Assembly (NCBI GenBank): GCA_038065555.1
Contig: JBBTQS010000001.1
Coordinates: forward strand, 256,741-320,740
DNA length: 64,000 bases
Reading direction: 5' to 3'
Source of the DNA: Patescibacteria group bacterium
GTDB taxonomy: Bacteria > Patescibacteriota > Patescibacteriia > Magasanikbacterales > JBBTQS01
Each line of letters begins with the position of its first letter. The stretch's first letter is position 1. The notes under the pieces were generated by a model that worked only from the letters and a program-made list of their open reading frames with translations, did no database searches and was not told the DNA's origin. Shown here piece after piece: positions 50,659 to 58,717 of this stretch. The position numbers were made by a program, and so were the translations under genes.

Positions 50659-52092
50659 CTAGAAGCGGACGCCGAGCAAAGCCTGGCCGTCGACGGCTGC
50701 CTCGGCAGAGGTCACGCCGGGCACATCGTTGCCACCGCTGACCTCGAAGCCGATGAAGCCATTGACCGGCGCGCGCTGGTCCTCGAGGAAGTACGCCTTG
50801 TACCCGAATCCGGCTCCGAAGAACACGAAGTCCGAGTACCCCGGCTTGTGCGTCGAGTACCAGGTGAACCGACCGTTGATGGAGAACATGTGCCGACCAA
50901 CCCGACCGAAGACGCCGTAGCGAACTCCGCCGTTCCAGCCTGCATCTGCCTCCTTGTCAGCTTCGGGGAAGCTGTTGGTCGATCCAACTGCCAGGGAGCC
51001 ACCGATGTAGGCGCCCCAGTTCTCGTGCCACTGGAACAGCATGTCCAAGGACAGCTGCCCCATGACGAGTGTCTCGTTGACGTCGAGATCGAGGTCGCCC
51101 ATCACGCGATGGACCGACACTCCAGCCGCAAGTTCGATCGCCGCGTAGGAGAACGAACGAGTGCTGGTTGAACCGACGGTGCCGTTCTTGATGATGCCAT
51201 CGACGTCCTTGCGAAGGCCGTCGATTTCGCGCCATTGGCTGACGTTGTCGTCCTCGAGATCGCCGACGCGCTTGTTGAGCGTCTGGAACTGGGATTCGAA
51301 GTAGCCGACGACGGATTCCGTGTTGGGACCGAGATCCCACACGACAACCGCACGCAGACCCTTGCGTTGATTCCCAACTCCAGGCAGCGCACGCGCCGTC
51401 TGGAAGCCGCCATTGGCCAGCAACTGATTGAATCGCGAGACCCGGAGGTCTGCGAGCATCCGGTTGCAGCTGCTGTGCGTCTTGCCCTGCGTCTGGCACC
51501 GGATCTCATCCGCGAACCCGACCAGACCGATGTCGTGGCCGGACTTCGCGACGCTCAACGCCTTGTCCACGCACTGCTGCGTCGACGCGTTGGCCTCGTA
51601 CTTCCCGACTTCGTACATCGCCACGCAGACGATGTGGTTGTCGAGTCGCCCGAGGACGCTGTGCGCCGCTCGCTGTGCTTGGACGATATGCGGGCGAGCG
51701 CGAACCGTCATCGCGGGACCGGCCTCGGCTGCACGTGTTGCCACGCTCAGCTTCGACTTGAGGTCTGCGACGACGTTGAGCAACTCGGCGTTGTTCGTCT
51801 TGAACGCCGCGAGCTGCTCATTGACCGCTGCGAGGAGCGCCTTGATGCGCTCGTTCTCTTCGCGGGCGGCGGCGAGGTCGGCGAAACCGTTCCCGTTGGC
51901 CTGTGCGGCCTCGAGAACACGGCAACGCTCATTCGCGGCCTCGAGCAGGGCCTTGACCCGCTCGAGCTCGTTCAAGTCCGACTCCAAGGTGGGGTCGAGC
52001 ATGACGATGGTGTCGTCGGCGACAGCGGCGAACGGGATGAACAGAGCCGCGACGATCGCGGCGAGAACGAGGTTGCAGAGGAACTTCTTCAT
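50659..52092 (-). CDS. Secreted protein: coiled coil, OmpA-like domain and C-terminal beta-barrel-like region
   Basis: Signal peptide; IGLVGFAD...CNRMLADLR OmpA-C-like motif; alternating aromatic beta strands; ends GQALLGVRF. Confidence 0.75.
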   Translation of the reverse strand: MKKFLCNLVLAAIVAALFIPFAAVADDTIVMLDPTLESDLNELERVKALLEAANERCRVLEAAQANGNGFADLAAAREENERIKALLAAVNEQLAAFKTNNAELLNVVADLKSKLSVATRAAEAGPAMTVRARPHIVQAQRAAHSVLGRLDNHIVCVAMYEVGKYEANASTQQCVDKALSVAKSGHDIGLVGFADEIRCQTQGKTHSSCNRMLADLRVSRFNQLLANGGFQTARALPGVGNQRKGLRAVVVWDLGPNTESVVGYFESQFQTLNKRVGDLEDDNVSQWREIDGLRKDVDGIIKNGTVGSTSTRSFSYAAIELAAGVSVHRVMGDLDLDVNETLVMGQLSLDMLFQWHENWGAYIGGSLAVGSTNSFPEADKEADAGWNGGVRYGVFGRVGRHMFSINGRFTWYSTHKPGYSDFVFFGAGFGYKAYFLEDQRAPVNGFIGFEVSGGNDVPGVTSAEAAVDGQALLGVRF

Positions 52093-52279
52093 GACTAACT
52101 CCGGCCCCCTTTTCGAATAAAGGTAGGAGGCAAACCGTTTGAGACACTAACGTAAATTGTCGATGTGCGGGTTTCCCCCGCGTCGCCCTTTCGGGTGGGT
52201 ACTGGGGAAAACCATGTGTACCGCGATATTCCCACAGAATACTCTGGAAATATCGCGAAACACTTGAATTGAACGTCGA

Positions 52280-52308
52280 ATCGTATCACAATCTACAGAT
52301 TTTGTCAA
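52280..52308 (-). promoter_or_regulatory. Sigma70 promoter (~180-nt leader)
   Basis: TTGACA-N17-TACGAT with TGA extension. Confidence 0.75.
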
Positions 52309-52332
52309 GTAGTCATTCTAGCTGAAATAACT

Positions 52333-52378
52333 CGAGGCTCGCGATTTCTTCCCGTAGGGTTGAAATCGCGAGCCTCGT
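52333..52378. terminator. Strong hairpin downstream of 52422..53180
   Basis: CGAGGCTCGCGATTTC ... GAAATCGCGAGCCTCG 16-bp inverted repeat. Confidence 0.75.
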
Positions 52379-52421
52379 CGTTGACGCCATCGTCGCTGTT
52401 GGCGGCGATGACATCAGAGCG

Positions 52422-53180
52422 TTAGCGGCATTCGAGCTGACACTTGGTGTCTGCCCCACAGCGCGCAATGCACTCTTGAGCCCATCCAGACGCGGGCGAA
52501 CCCTCGTCAGACGGCACGCTGGCGACCGCGGGCTTGCTGGGCTTGGTGACCCGAGCAACGCCGCGGCGCGCACCCTTGGGGATGGACTTGCCCGGGCTCG
52601 CCGCGCGCTCCACAGCCGGTGAGGCGGTGGAAACGGCGAGCGTCGTGCTCAGGCGGCGCAGGACCTCCTTCACGTAGGACAGCTTGGTATCGTCATTGCT
52701 GACGAGCTTGCGCTGCTCTTCGCGAAGGGCCTTCTCGAGACGTCGGATCTCGAGATGCGCCACATCGACGTCCTTGGGATCGAGCTGGGCCGAGTTGCCA
52801 GCGTCGTCCTCGAGCGCGATGGCCACCCGGTAGACCTGGTCGACATCCCAGTCGTCGTTGACGGCGTTCTTGAGGTCGTACCCAGGAAAGGCGTCAGTCG
52901 GCGGGGTCGCGGCGGGGTTGGCCGGGATCTCGGTCGCCTTGCGGACGACCTCGACCAGGCGCGGATCGCGAGCGAGCTGGAGCAGGGCCTCGCGGGCCTG
53001 CTCGAGCAACTCCTCCTTGGCCTCCTCCTTGGGGAGCTGGCGACGGAGCTTGGCGCACTCCGCGGCCGTGGTGCACGTCGGATTGACCGTCGGCGGCGCG
53101 CAGTACGCGACGCCGGTGTAGAAACACGCGATCGCTGCGATCGCGAGGACGGCCATCTTGGAAACGAACTTGTTTCGCAT
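52422..53180 (-). CDS. Secreted coiled-coil protein with C-terminal Cys motif
   Basis: Signal peptide; GGGAGAG before ATG; C-terminal CIARCGADTKCQLECR; GC-rich third positions. Confidence 0.75.
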   Translation of the reverse strand: MRNKFVSKMAVLAIAAIACFYTGVAYCAPPTVNPTCTTAAECAKLRRQLPKEEAKEELLEQAREALLQLARDPRLVEVVRKATEIPANPAATPPTDAFPGYDLKNAVNDDWDVDQVYRVAIALEDDAGNSAQLDPKDVDVAHLEIRRLEKALREEQRKLVSNDDTKLSYVKEVLRRLSTTLAVSTASPAVERAASPGKSIPKGARRGVARVTKPSKPAVASVPSDEGSPASGWAQECIARCGADTKCQLECR

Positions 53181-53355
53181 TTGCTCTCTCTCCCGCCCAC
53201 ATCAACTGATGGGGCAACGTGGTGAAGTCCGTCGTGATACGGCGGACAGGGACAATTGTAGGTACTACTCGGTTGATGCCGTTGCTACGAATGTAGCTTC
53301 GGCGAAGAACGATTCGTTAAGCGAGGGGTGAAAAACACCGATCGCAGAACCGAGT

Positions 53356-53384
53356 AAACTAACACGTTTGCGCAGTTTTGTCAA
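53356..53384 (-). promoter_or_regulatory. Sigma70 promoter (~170-nt leader)
   Basis: TTGACA-N17-TAGTTT with TGT extension. Confidence 0.7.
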
Positions 53385-53396
53385 GACTTGCGCGAT

Positions 53397-54008
53397 TTAG
53401 ACGTGTTTTTTCTTCTGAAATAGGACAAAAATTGATGCGAGGATGGCGCCGAAGAGGAAGCCGATCAGACCATTCATGGGGAGATTTGGGCGAACTGGAA
53501 ATCGTGAGGCAATGGGCTCGTCTGCGATCTTGAATGTGGCCTGAGCACCTACATACTCAATACCGTACTCCATGATTGTTTTGCTCACACCCTGTGCGAG
53601 AATCACTGCTTGTGCGGGATCTGTGCTATACGCTGTCATGCGCAGGAGGCCAGTACCAGGAGTCACATCTGATTCAATATTCTTGAGCCAGTATTTGCGA
53701 CGCAGACGCTCCTCAGTTGGGAAGGCAGTTTGATCAATGCGTGGCTCCACCTCGAGCACGCGGCCGAGGAACTCACTCGTCCCGATGGCAAGCGCGAGGT
53801 TCTCACCTACTCGCTCCGAGGATTTGATCACTGTGTATGGATCCACACCAAATCCCTGACGCGGAATCACGAACACTCCAGCAGTAGCAGAATATTTGAG
53901 CGGGAAGAAAAGACTCACAATGATTGCGATGAAGAGTCCGATGAACCCCACACTCATGATGAAGCGAGATCGAGATACGAGAATCAAAAGGTACGATGGG
54001 TGGGACAT
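53397..54008 (-). CDS. Wzz/YveK-like polysaccharide chain-length protein
   Basis: Two terminal TMs; PLKYSAT; PVRPNLPMNGLIG. Confidence 0.75.
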   Translation of the reverse strand: MSHPSYLLILVSRSRFIMSVGFIGLFIAIIVSLFFPLKYSATAGVFVIPRQGFGVDPYTVIKSSERVGENLALAIGTSEFLGRVLEVEPRIDQTAFPTEERLRRKYWLKNIESDVTPGTGLLRMTAYSTDPAQAVILAQGVSKTIMEYGIEYVGAQATFKIADEPIASRFPVRPNLPMNGLIGFLFGAILASIFVLFQKKKHV

Positions 54009-54016
54009 AGTGATGA

Positions 54017-55132
54017 TTACGGTGTTGTTGTCATGGTGACATCCACCACGATATCTTTGCCCGCGCGCACGACCTGCATAGGCACGATCGCACCTGCACG
54101 AGAAGAGAACACCAAATTGGCAAATGATTGTGCACTCGAGACAGCAACGCCGCCTACTGCCGTAACAATATCCCCTTCACGCAGTGGAAATGTCTCACGA
54201 CCAGACTTGGCGGTCACGGTGAGAATGCGCGCGCCTTGGGTAAGTGCTGCGTCATCGAGAATCGTTGCTTGCGACAACTCCACATAGGTCACGGGCAACT
54301 GCGGACGCACGATCTTGCCTGAGGCAAAGAGCTCGGGCAACACTGGTGCAATAAGTGAGGAAGGAATGAATCGCATTGCACGCGCTGTAGCATCCTTCAT
54401 CGTTACTACACCGAGCAATTCACCTTGTGAAGAGATGATTGGATGTCCTGCTTCTACTCCTTCAATTGCAGGACTTGCGAGTCCGTACTCACTATACATC
54501 TTTGCGTCGTGTGTGAGTGCATCAGTTGCAATGAGACTCAACCCATCGATCATTGTGGCGCGAAGAATACCGTAGCTCGTTGGTACAGCCGACACGTCTG
54601 AGAGTGTTTTGGTATCCCCTCGCCCGAGTGTCATTGGTGAGAGCACTGCGTTCTTGAGTTTTGCAAAGACAAGTGATGTTGCTGCGTCTGGAACCATCTT
54701 CTCCAGTGTGACTGCGCGGCCGTCTACGAGGAATACGACGTCGGATGATTTGAGTACATCCTTGGTCGTCACAATCCAGCCATCTGACGTAAGCGCAACA
54801 GCGTACCCTACGCGATCGCGTGCGATGTAGACTGTGGATGTTACTCCCTTGATCGCGCCAGTCGCCTTGCTATTCATGACAGGAATGACTGAGCGAAGAA
54901 TGCCACGATCCATGCGCGCAACCACGGTTGCAGCATCTTGTGGAACGAAGACTGGTGTTGCGCGTTCGATGATCTGTACATTCACCGATCGATTGCGCCA
55001 GAGCCATCCTGCTCCTACTCCCACGCACAGCACAATGACAACAAGGAGCGTGAGCAGCAGTACGCGCATGCGCCAGGAAAGACGTGGGGATTCTGGTTCT
55101 CGTGAAGGCAAATGTGGAGGATGAACAGCCAT
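54017..55132 (-). CDS. HtrA-like trypsin plus PDZ protein, catalytic residues degenerate
   Basis: TM; LTSDGWIVT; GHPIISSQGELLGV; PDZ LREGDIVTAVGG..VVRAGK. Confidence 0.75.
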   Translation of the reverse strand: MAVHPPHLPSREPESPRLSWRMRVLLLTLLVVIVLCVGVGAGWLWRNRSVNVQIIERATPVFVPQDAATVVARMDRGILRSVIPVMNSKATGAIKGVTSTVYIARDRVGYAVALTSDGWIVTTKDVLKSSDVVFLVDGRAVTLEKMVPDAATSLVFAKLKNAVLSPMTLGRGDTKTLSDVSAVPTSYGILRATMIDGLSLIATDALTHDAKMYSEYGLASPAIEGVEAGHPIISSQGELLGVVTMKDATARAMRFIPSSLIAPVLPELFASGKIVRPQLPVTYVELSQATILDDAALTQGARILTVTAKSGRETFPLREGDIVTAVGGVAVSSAQSFANLVFSSRAGAIVPMQVVRAGKDIVVDVTMTTTP

Positions 55133-55147
55133 AGATTTCGAAAATAA

Positions 55148-55915
55148 TTACCAGCGCGCAACAAGGAATAATACGACCGTAACAATGAGCCCAGCGATCG
55201 CGGCAAATATCCACGTACGACGGGATTCACGAGGCAAATCGCCGGTTTCTTGCAGCATGAGGTGGGTTGTTACGAGGTACAACACTGCTGCAAAGATCGC
55301 AGACAATGTATACCCAATGGGCAACAAAAGCAATGACCAGACCAGCTCCACCATTGCCACGTTCATCATCACCGTCACAAGCCAACGTACATGTGAACGC
55401 GACTCAACGAGTGACAAAAATGGATACATGAGCGTCGTAACTACCGCAATAATCGCTCCAATCACCCACCAGATCGACTCGTGAATGGTAACAACTACAC
55501 CCAACCCAACAGCCGTTGTCATGTACACAGCACAGGCTTGCACCACACGCGAAGTCAGGAGCATCACTGCACGCGAACGCTGTCCTGGTACTTCCACAAA
55601 TCGAACTGCGTGATATTGGTTGATGAGCAACAACGCCATCGCAATGAACACAATGAATCCTTGCAACCATGGTTCCTCGGTAAGCAATATCAAACCGATT
55701 GAACCTGCTGTGATCCACAATGCCTGAATGATCGTGACGCGTCGCACCGGTGTGCCGCCAGCAGGATAGAGCGCGAAGAAAAGGAGAAACGCTTGCACCG
55801 CAAGCGTCGCCACTGCACCAATCCACCAATACGCAAGTGGTAATACAGGAATACTCCAGAGGCCTGCACCCACAAGCAACGAGAGGAGGAGGGCGTTAGT
55901 AAAGGGAGTATACAT
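55148..55915 (-). CDS. Integral membrane hypothetical protein
   Basis: About 8 TMs; ends ARW; operonic. Confidence 0.75.
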   Translation of the reverse strand: MYTPFTNALLLSLLVGAGLWSIPVLPLAYWWIGAVATLAVQAFLLFFALYPAGGTPVRRVTIIQALWITAGSIGLILLTEEPWLQGFIVFIAMALLLINQYHAVRFVEVPGQRSRAVMLLTSRVVQACAVYMTTAVGLGVVVTIHESIWWVIGAIIAVVTTLMYPFLSLVESRSHVRWLVTVMMNVAMVELVWSLLLLPIGYTLSAIFAAVLYLVTTHLMLQETGDLPRESRRTWIFAAIAGLIVTVVLFLVARW

Positions 55916-55933
55916 AGGTACTCGCGAGTCTCA

Positions 55934-57010
55934 TTACGCTCGATCGATTTTGAATGTTTGTGCAGGTACGAGATCTTCTTCGCCTTCTCCACCTGCGTCG
56001 TTACTCACAATCTCCTTGCTGATAATAAGGATGGCTGTTGCTACTGGTACTGCAAGTAATGCGCCGATCACTCCTGCAAGCTTTGCACCGATCAAGATCG
56101 CTACGATGCTAATGAGTGGATTGAGCCCAACTGCCTTCTGCATGATCTTCGGAACAATGAGATTGTTCTCGAGGATTTGGACAACCCAGCAGAAGCCGAG
56201 GGTGATAAGTGCGATAAGTGGCGAAACAGTGAAGGCGAAGAATACCGCAGGAATTGCTGCGATGACTGGACCAATGTACGGAACCAATTCGAGCAGTCCT
56301 GCAATGAGTGCGAGTACGCCAGCGTATGGCACGCCGATAATACTCAATCCAATATAGGTGAGCACACCAATCACCACACACAGTGCGAGCTGACCACGAA
56401 CCCACAGTGCGAGCATCACTCGTACCTTCGTGAGAATGCGATTCACAAATGGTTGATACTGATCAGGCACTACCGTGCGAAGTGCGCGACGCATGTCATC
56501 GCGCTCCACGACCATGTAGAAGGACAACACCATCACAAAAAGAAATGTGAAAATCCCACCGAAGAATCCGGTGATCGTCGTGAAGATGGTACCAAAGCTG
56601 TCTTGCAGTGAACCGCGAACACTATCAATGCTTGATTGAATTGCTGTTCCCATTCCACCCTCTCCACCGATGTGGCGAAGCGCGTCGATATTACCAGCAA
56701 CGCTATCCCATTGCGAAGAAATGTTGGTGACAAGATCACGTGCCTGTGACGCAATTGCTGGAACAATCAAGATGCCGATGAGCACGAGCATTCCAATCAA
56801 CAACACAAATACGCCCAACACGGCAACGGATCGCGGGATGCGGTATCGTTCACACCAATCTGCTGCAGGATCAATGATCGCTGCAAAGACAAGTGCGAAG
56901 AACAACATGAACAAAATGTCGCTGATCATGTACGCGAACCAGAGAACTGCGAGCGTGAGAATCAGCTTCACGATCGACTTCGTACTAATAGTAATCGAAT
57001 ATTCGCGCAT
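55934..57010 (-). CDS. AI-2E (PerM) family transporter
   Basis: WVRGQL; ELVPYIGP; QILENNLIVPKIM..VGLNPL; GALLAVP. Confidence 0.92.
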   Translation of the reverse strand: MREYSITISTKSIVKLILTLAVLWFAYMISDILFMLFFALVFAAIIDPAADWCERYRIPRSVAVLGVFVLLIGMLVLIGILIVPAIASQARDLVTNISSQWDSVAGNIDALRHIGGEGGMGTAIQSSIDSVRGSLQDSFGTIFTTITGFFGGIFTFLFVMVLSFYMVVERDDMRRALRTVVPDQYQPFVNRILTKVRVMLALWVRGQLALCVVIGVLTYIGLSIIGVPYAGVLALIAGLLELVPYIGPVIAAIPAVFFAFTVSPLIALITLGFCWVVQILENNLIVPKIMQKAVGLNPLISIVAILIGAKLAGVIGALLAVPVATAILIISKEIVSNDAGGEGEEDLVPAQTFKIDRA

Positions 57011-57069
57011 ATATATAGAGCTAGACTAACGTCAGTGTAGCGTATATAGTGATCTTGCACAATTGCTGT

Positions 57070-57516
57070 ATGCCTACGCTTGCAACCAACAGAACCGCAC
57101 GATTCAACTACGAAATCCTCGAAACCATCGAGGCAGGTATTGTGTTGTCCGGTGACGAGGTCAAATCCGTGCGCGCAGGAGGCATGCGACTGACCGAGAG
57201 CTTTGTCACATTCCGTGGCGAACGCGCAGTACTCACTAACGCGCACATTAGTCGCTACGCAAAGAGTAACCCACTTGTTGGGTACGATCCGGAGCACACA
57301 CGCGAACTCCTTCTGCACAAGGCACAGATCATGCATCTGCTTGGCAAAAAGACGCGAGATGGATTGACTATTGTGCCTCTTTCTGCCTATACTTCCAGAG
57401 GTCGCATCAAAATTGAAATCGGTCTTGCACGTGGCAAGAAGACCATTGACAAACGAGAAAGTATCAAACGTCGTGAATCAGATCGCGAGATTGCTCGTGC
57501 GATGAAATCGCGCTAG
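57070..57516 (+). CDS. smpB: SsrA-binding protein
   Basis: NRTARFNY..EAGIVLSGDEVKS; R.LLLHK; GLARGKK..DKRE. Confidence 0.97.
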   Translation: MPTLATNRTARFNYEILETIEAGIVLSGDEVKSVRAGGMRLTESFVTFRGERAVLTNAHISRYAKSNPLVGYDPEHTRELLLHKAQIMHLLGKKTRDGLTIVPLSAYTSRGRIKIEIGLARGKKTIDKRESIKRRESDREIARAMKSR

Positions 57517-57541
57517 CGACTGCGACACTCACATCATCACT

Positions 57542-57935
57542 GGGGATGCCCGGCTTCGATGGGAGGTTCATGGACGTGTCGTAGCATACCGAGCGGACGG
57601 ACGCTCGTTAATCCCCGTCAAACAGTCTACGTGCAAACGTTTACTCGCGCGTGAAGAATTCGATCGCTTCGGCGTTCGCAATGCCTTCATTCGCTCCGGT
57701 CGCAGCCTAATAACTCCGACCCATCACCCTCAGGACACCTCTACTGAGATCGTGGTGCAATACCGAGGTGTAGCATAGGAACGTCGCACCGCGTCCTTCG
57801 CGAAATCAACTGGTGCGCCGTGAGTCAGGGCTTCGCACGCATGCTGCCTGTCTCCCGTATTTCATGCGTGCTTCGTATGGACACTCGATACGCACATCCT
57901 TCCAGACGCGGGTTCGACTCCCGCCATCTCCACCA
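57542..57935 (+). ncRNA. ssrA: tmRNA
   Basis: 5' GGGGATG..TTCGA; 3' GCGGGTTCGACTCCCGCCATCTCCACCA; tag ORF 57633-57710; adjacent to smpB. Confidence 0.95.
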
Positions 57936-57942
57936 AAAAATT

Positions 57943-58029
57943 ATGAATGATCCAACGATTTGGATCATGATCGTATTCGTCGTCATTGGCGTTCCGGTCA
58001 TGTTCTACTACCTCACGAAATGGAACTAG
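57943..58029 (+). CDS. 28-aa single-TM small protein
   Basis: MNDPTIWIMIVFVVIGVPVMFYYLTKWN exactly fills the gap between the tmRNA end and the terminator. Confidence 0.5.
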   Translation: MNDPTIWIMIVFVVIGVPVMFYYLTKWN

Positions 58030-58071
58030 AATCAAAAACCCCGCACACAAGGTGTCGCGGGGTTTTTGATT
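58030..58071. terminator. Bidirectional terminator
   Basis: AATCAAAAACCCCGC ... GCGGGGTTTTTGATT. Confidence 0.85.
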
Positions 58072-58097
58072 TGCTTGCGTATTCCAATACGTTCGCA

Positions 58098-58712
58098 CTA
58101 CTGGTCACTCCACGGCTTGCCGTCGATGTAGAGTTCCTTGATCAATGCTGCACCATTTTGCCCAACACTAATATTGAGTAATGCTTTTTTGTTTGCGAAT
58201 GAAAATGTTCGTCCTGTCCCTTCGGGGATAAAGAACTCCTCAATTGCATACGTGATCACCAGTTGTGCAGGTATTGTTTTTGGCTGCATCTCGGGCAATA
58301 GCGGATAGTTACCACTCGGTTTTGTCGCGGGAGTGAATGACTGTACCTGTCCACGCAAGAAGAGTGATCCGTCGCGCGGCTCCACTGATGTCACACGACG
58401 CGCTGCATCAGGAATCATTATAGGCTGTCCGAGTTGCTCATGCGTCGTAGCCAACACCATTGGAACAAATACGGTTTGACCTTTGTAGAACTGTTCTCCT
58501 GACGCCATCGGTCCCTCAATGCGAGTGAACGATGCCAACTGGTATACCAAGTAGTCACCACGAAATGGATCACGTGGATCTACAGGCGCGATTTCGACAA
58601 GCACTGAGCGGCCTTGCGTCAGTGCTGATTCCTTCACTATCACGATTCCGAGGATGATGCATACTTGGAGCGCAACGATGAGGCAGAATTTGATGACTGG
58701 AGTGAACGTCAT
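58098..58712 (-). CDS. GDYXXLXY-domain protein
   Basis: PVDPRDPFRGDY; YAIEEFFIPEGTG. Confidence 0.88.
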   Translation of the reverse strand: MTFTPVIKFCLIVALQVCIILGIVIVKESALTQGRSVLVEIAPVDPRDPFRGDYLVYQLASFTRIEGPMASGEQFYKGQTVFVPMVLATTHEQLGQPIMIPDAARRVTSVEPRDGSLFLRGQVQSFTPATKPSGNYPLLPEMQPKTIPAQLVITYAIEEFFIPEGTGRTFSFANKKALLNISVGQNGAALIKELYIDGKPWSDQ

Positions 58713-58717
58713 AGTGA

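Noticed and set aside
52126-52160. GGCAAACC resembling a c-di-GMP-I riboswitch
   Set aside because: It is on the wrong strand and lacks the GACGCAAA/second-stem elements.
48542-53225. Many long alternative-frame and antisense ORFs in the GC-rich island (e.g. 49161..50228, 49390..50475, 51235..52098)
   Set aside because: These are shadow ORFs expected from high GC3; they are Arg/Ser/Pro-rich and lack SD or promoter support.
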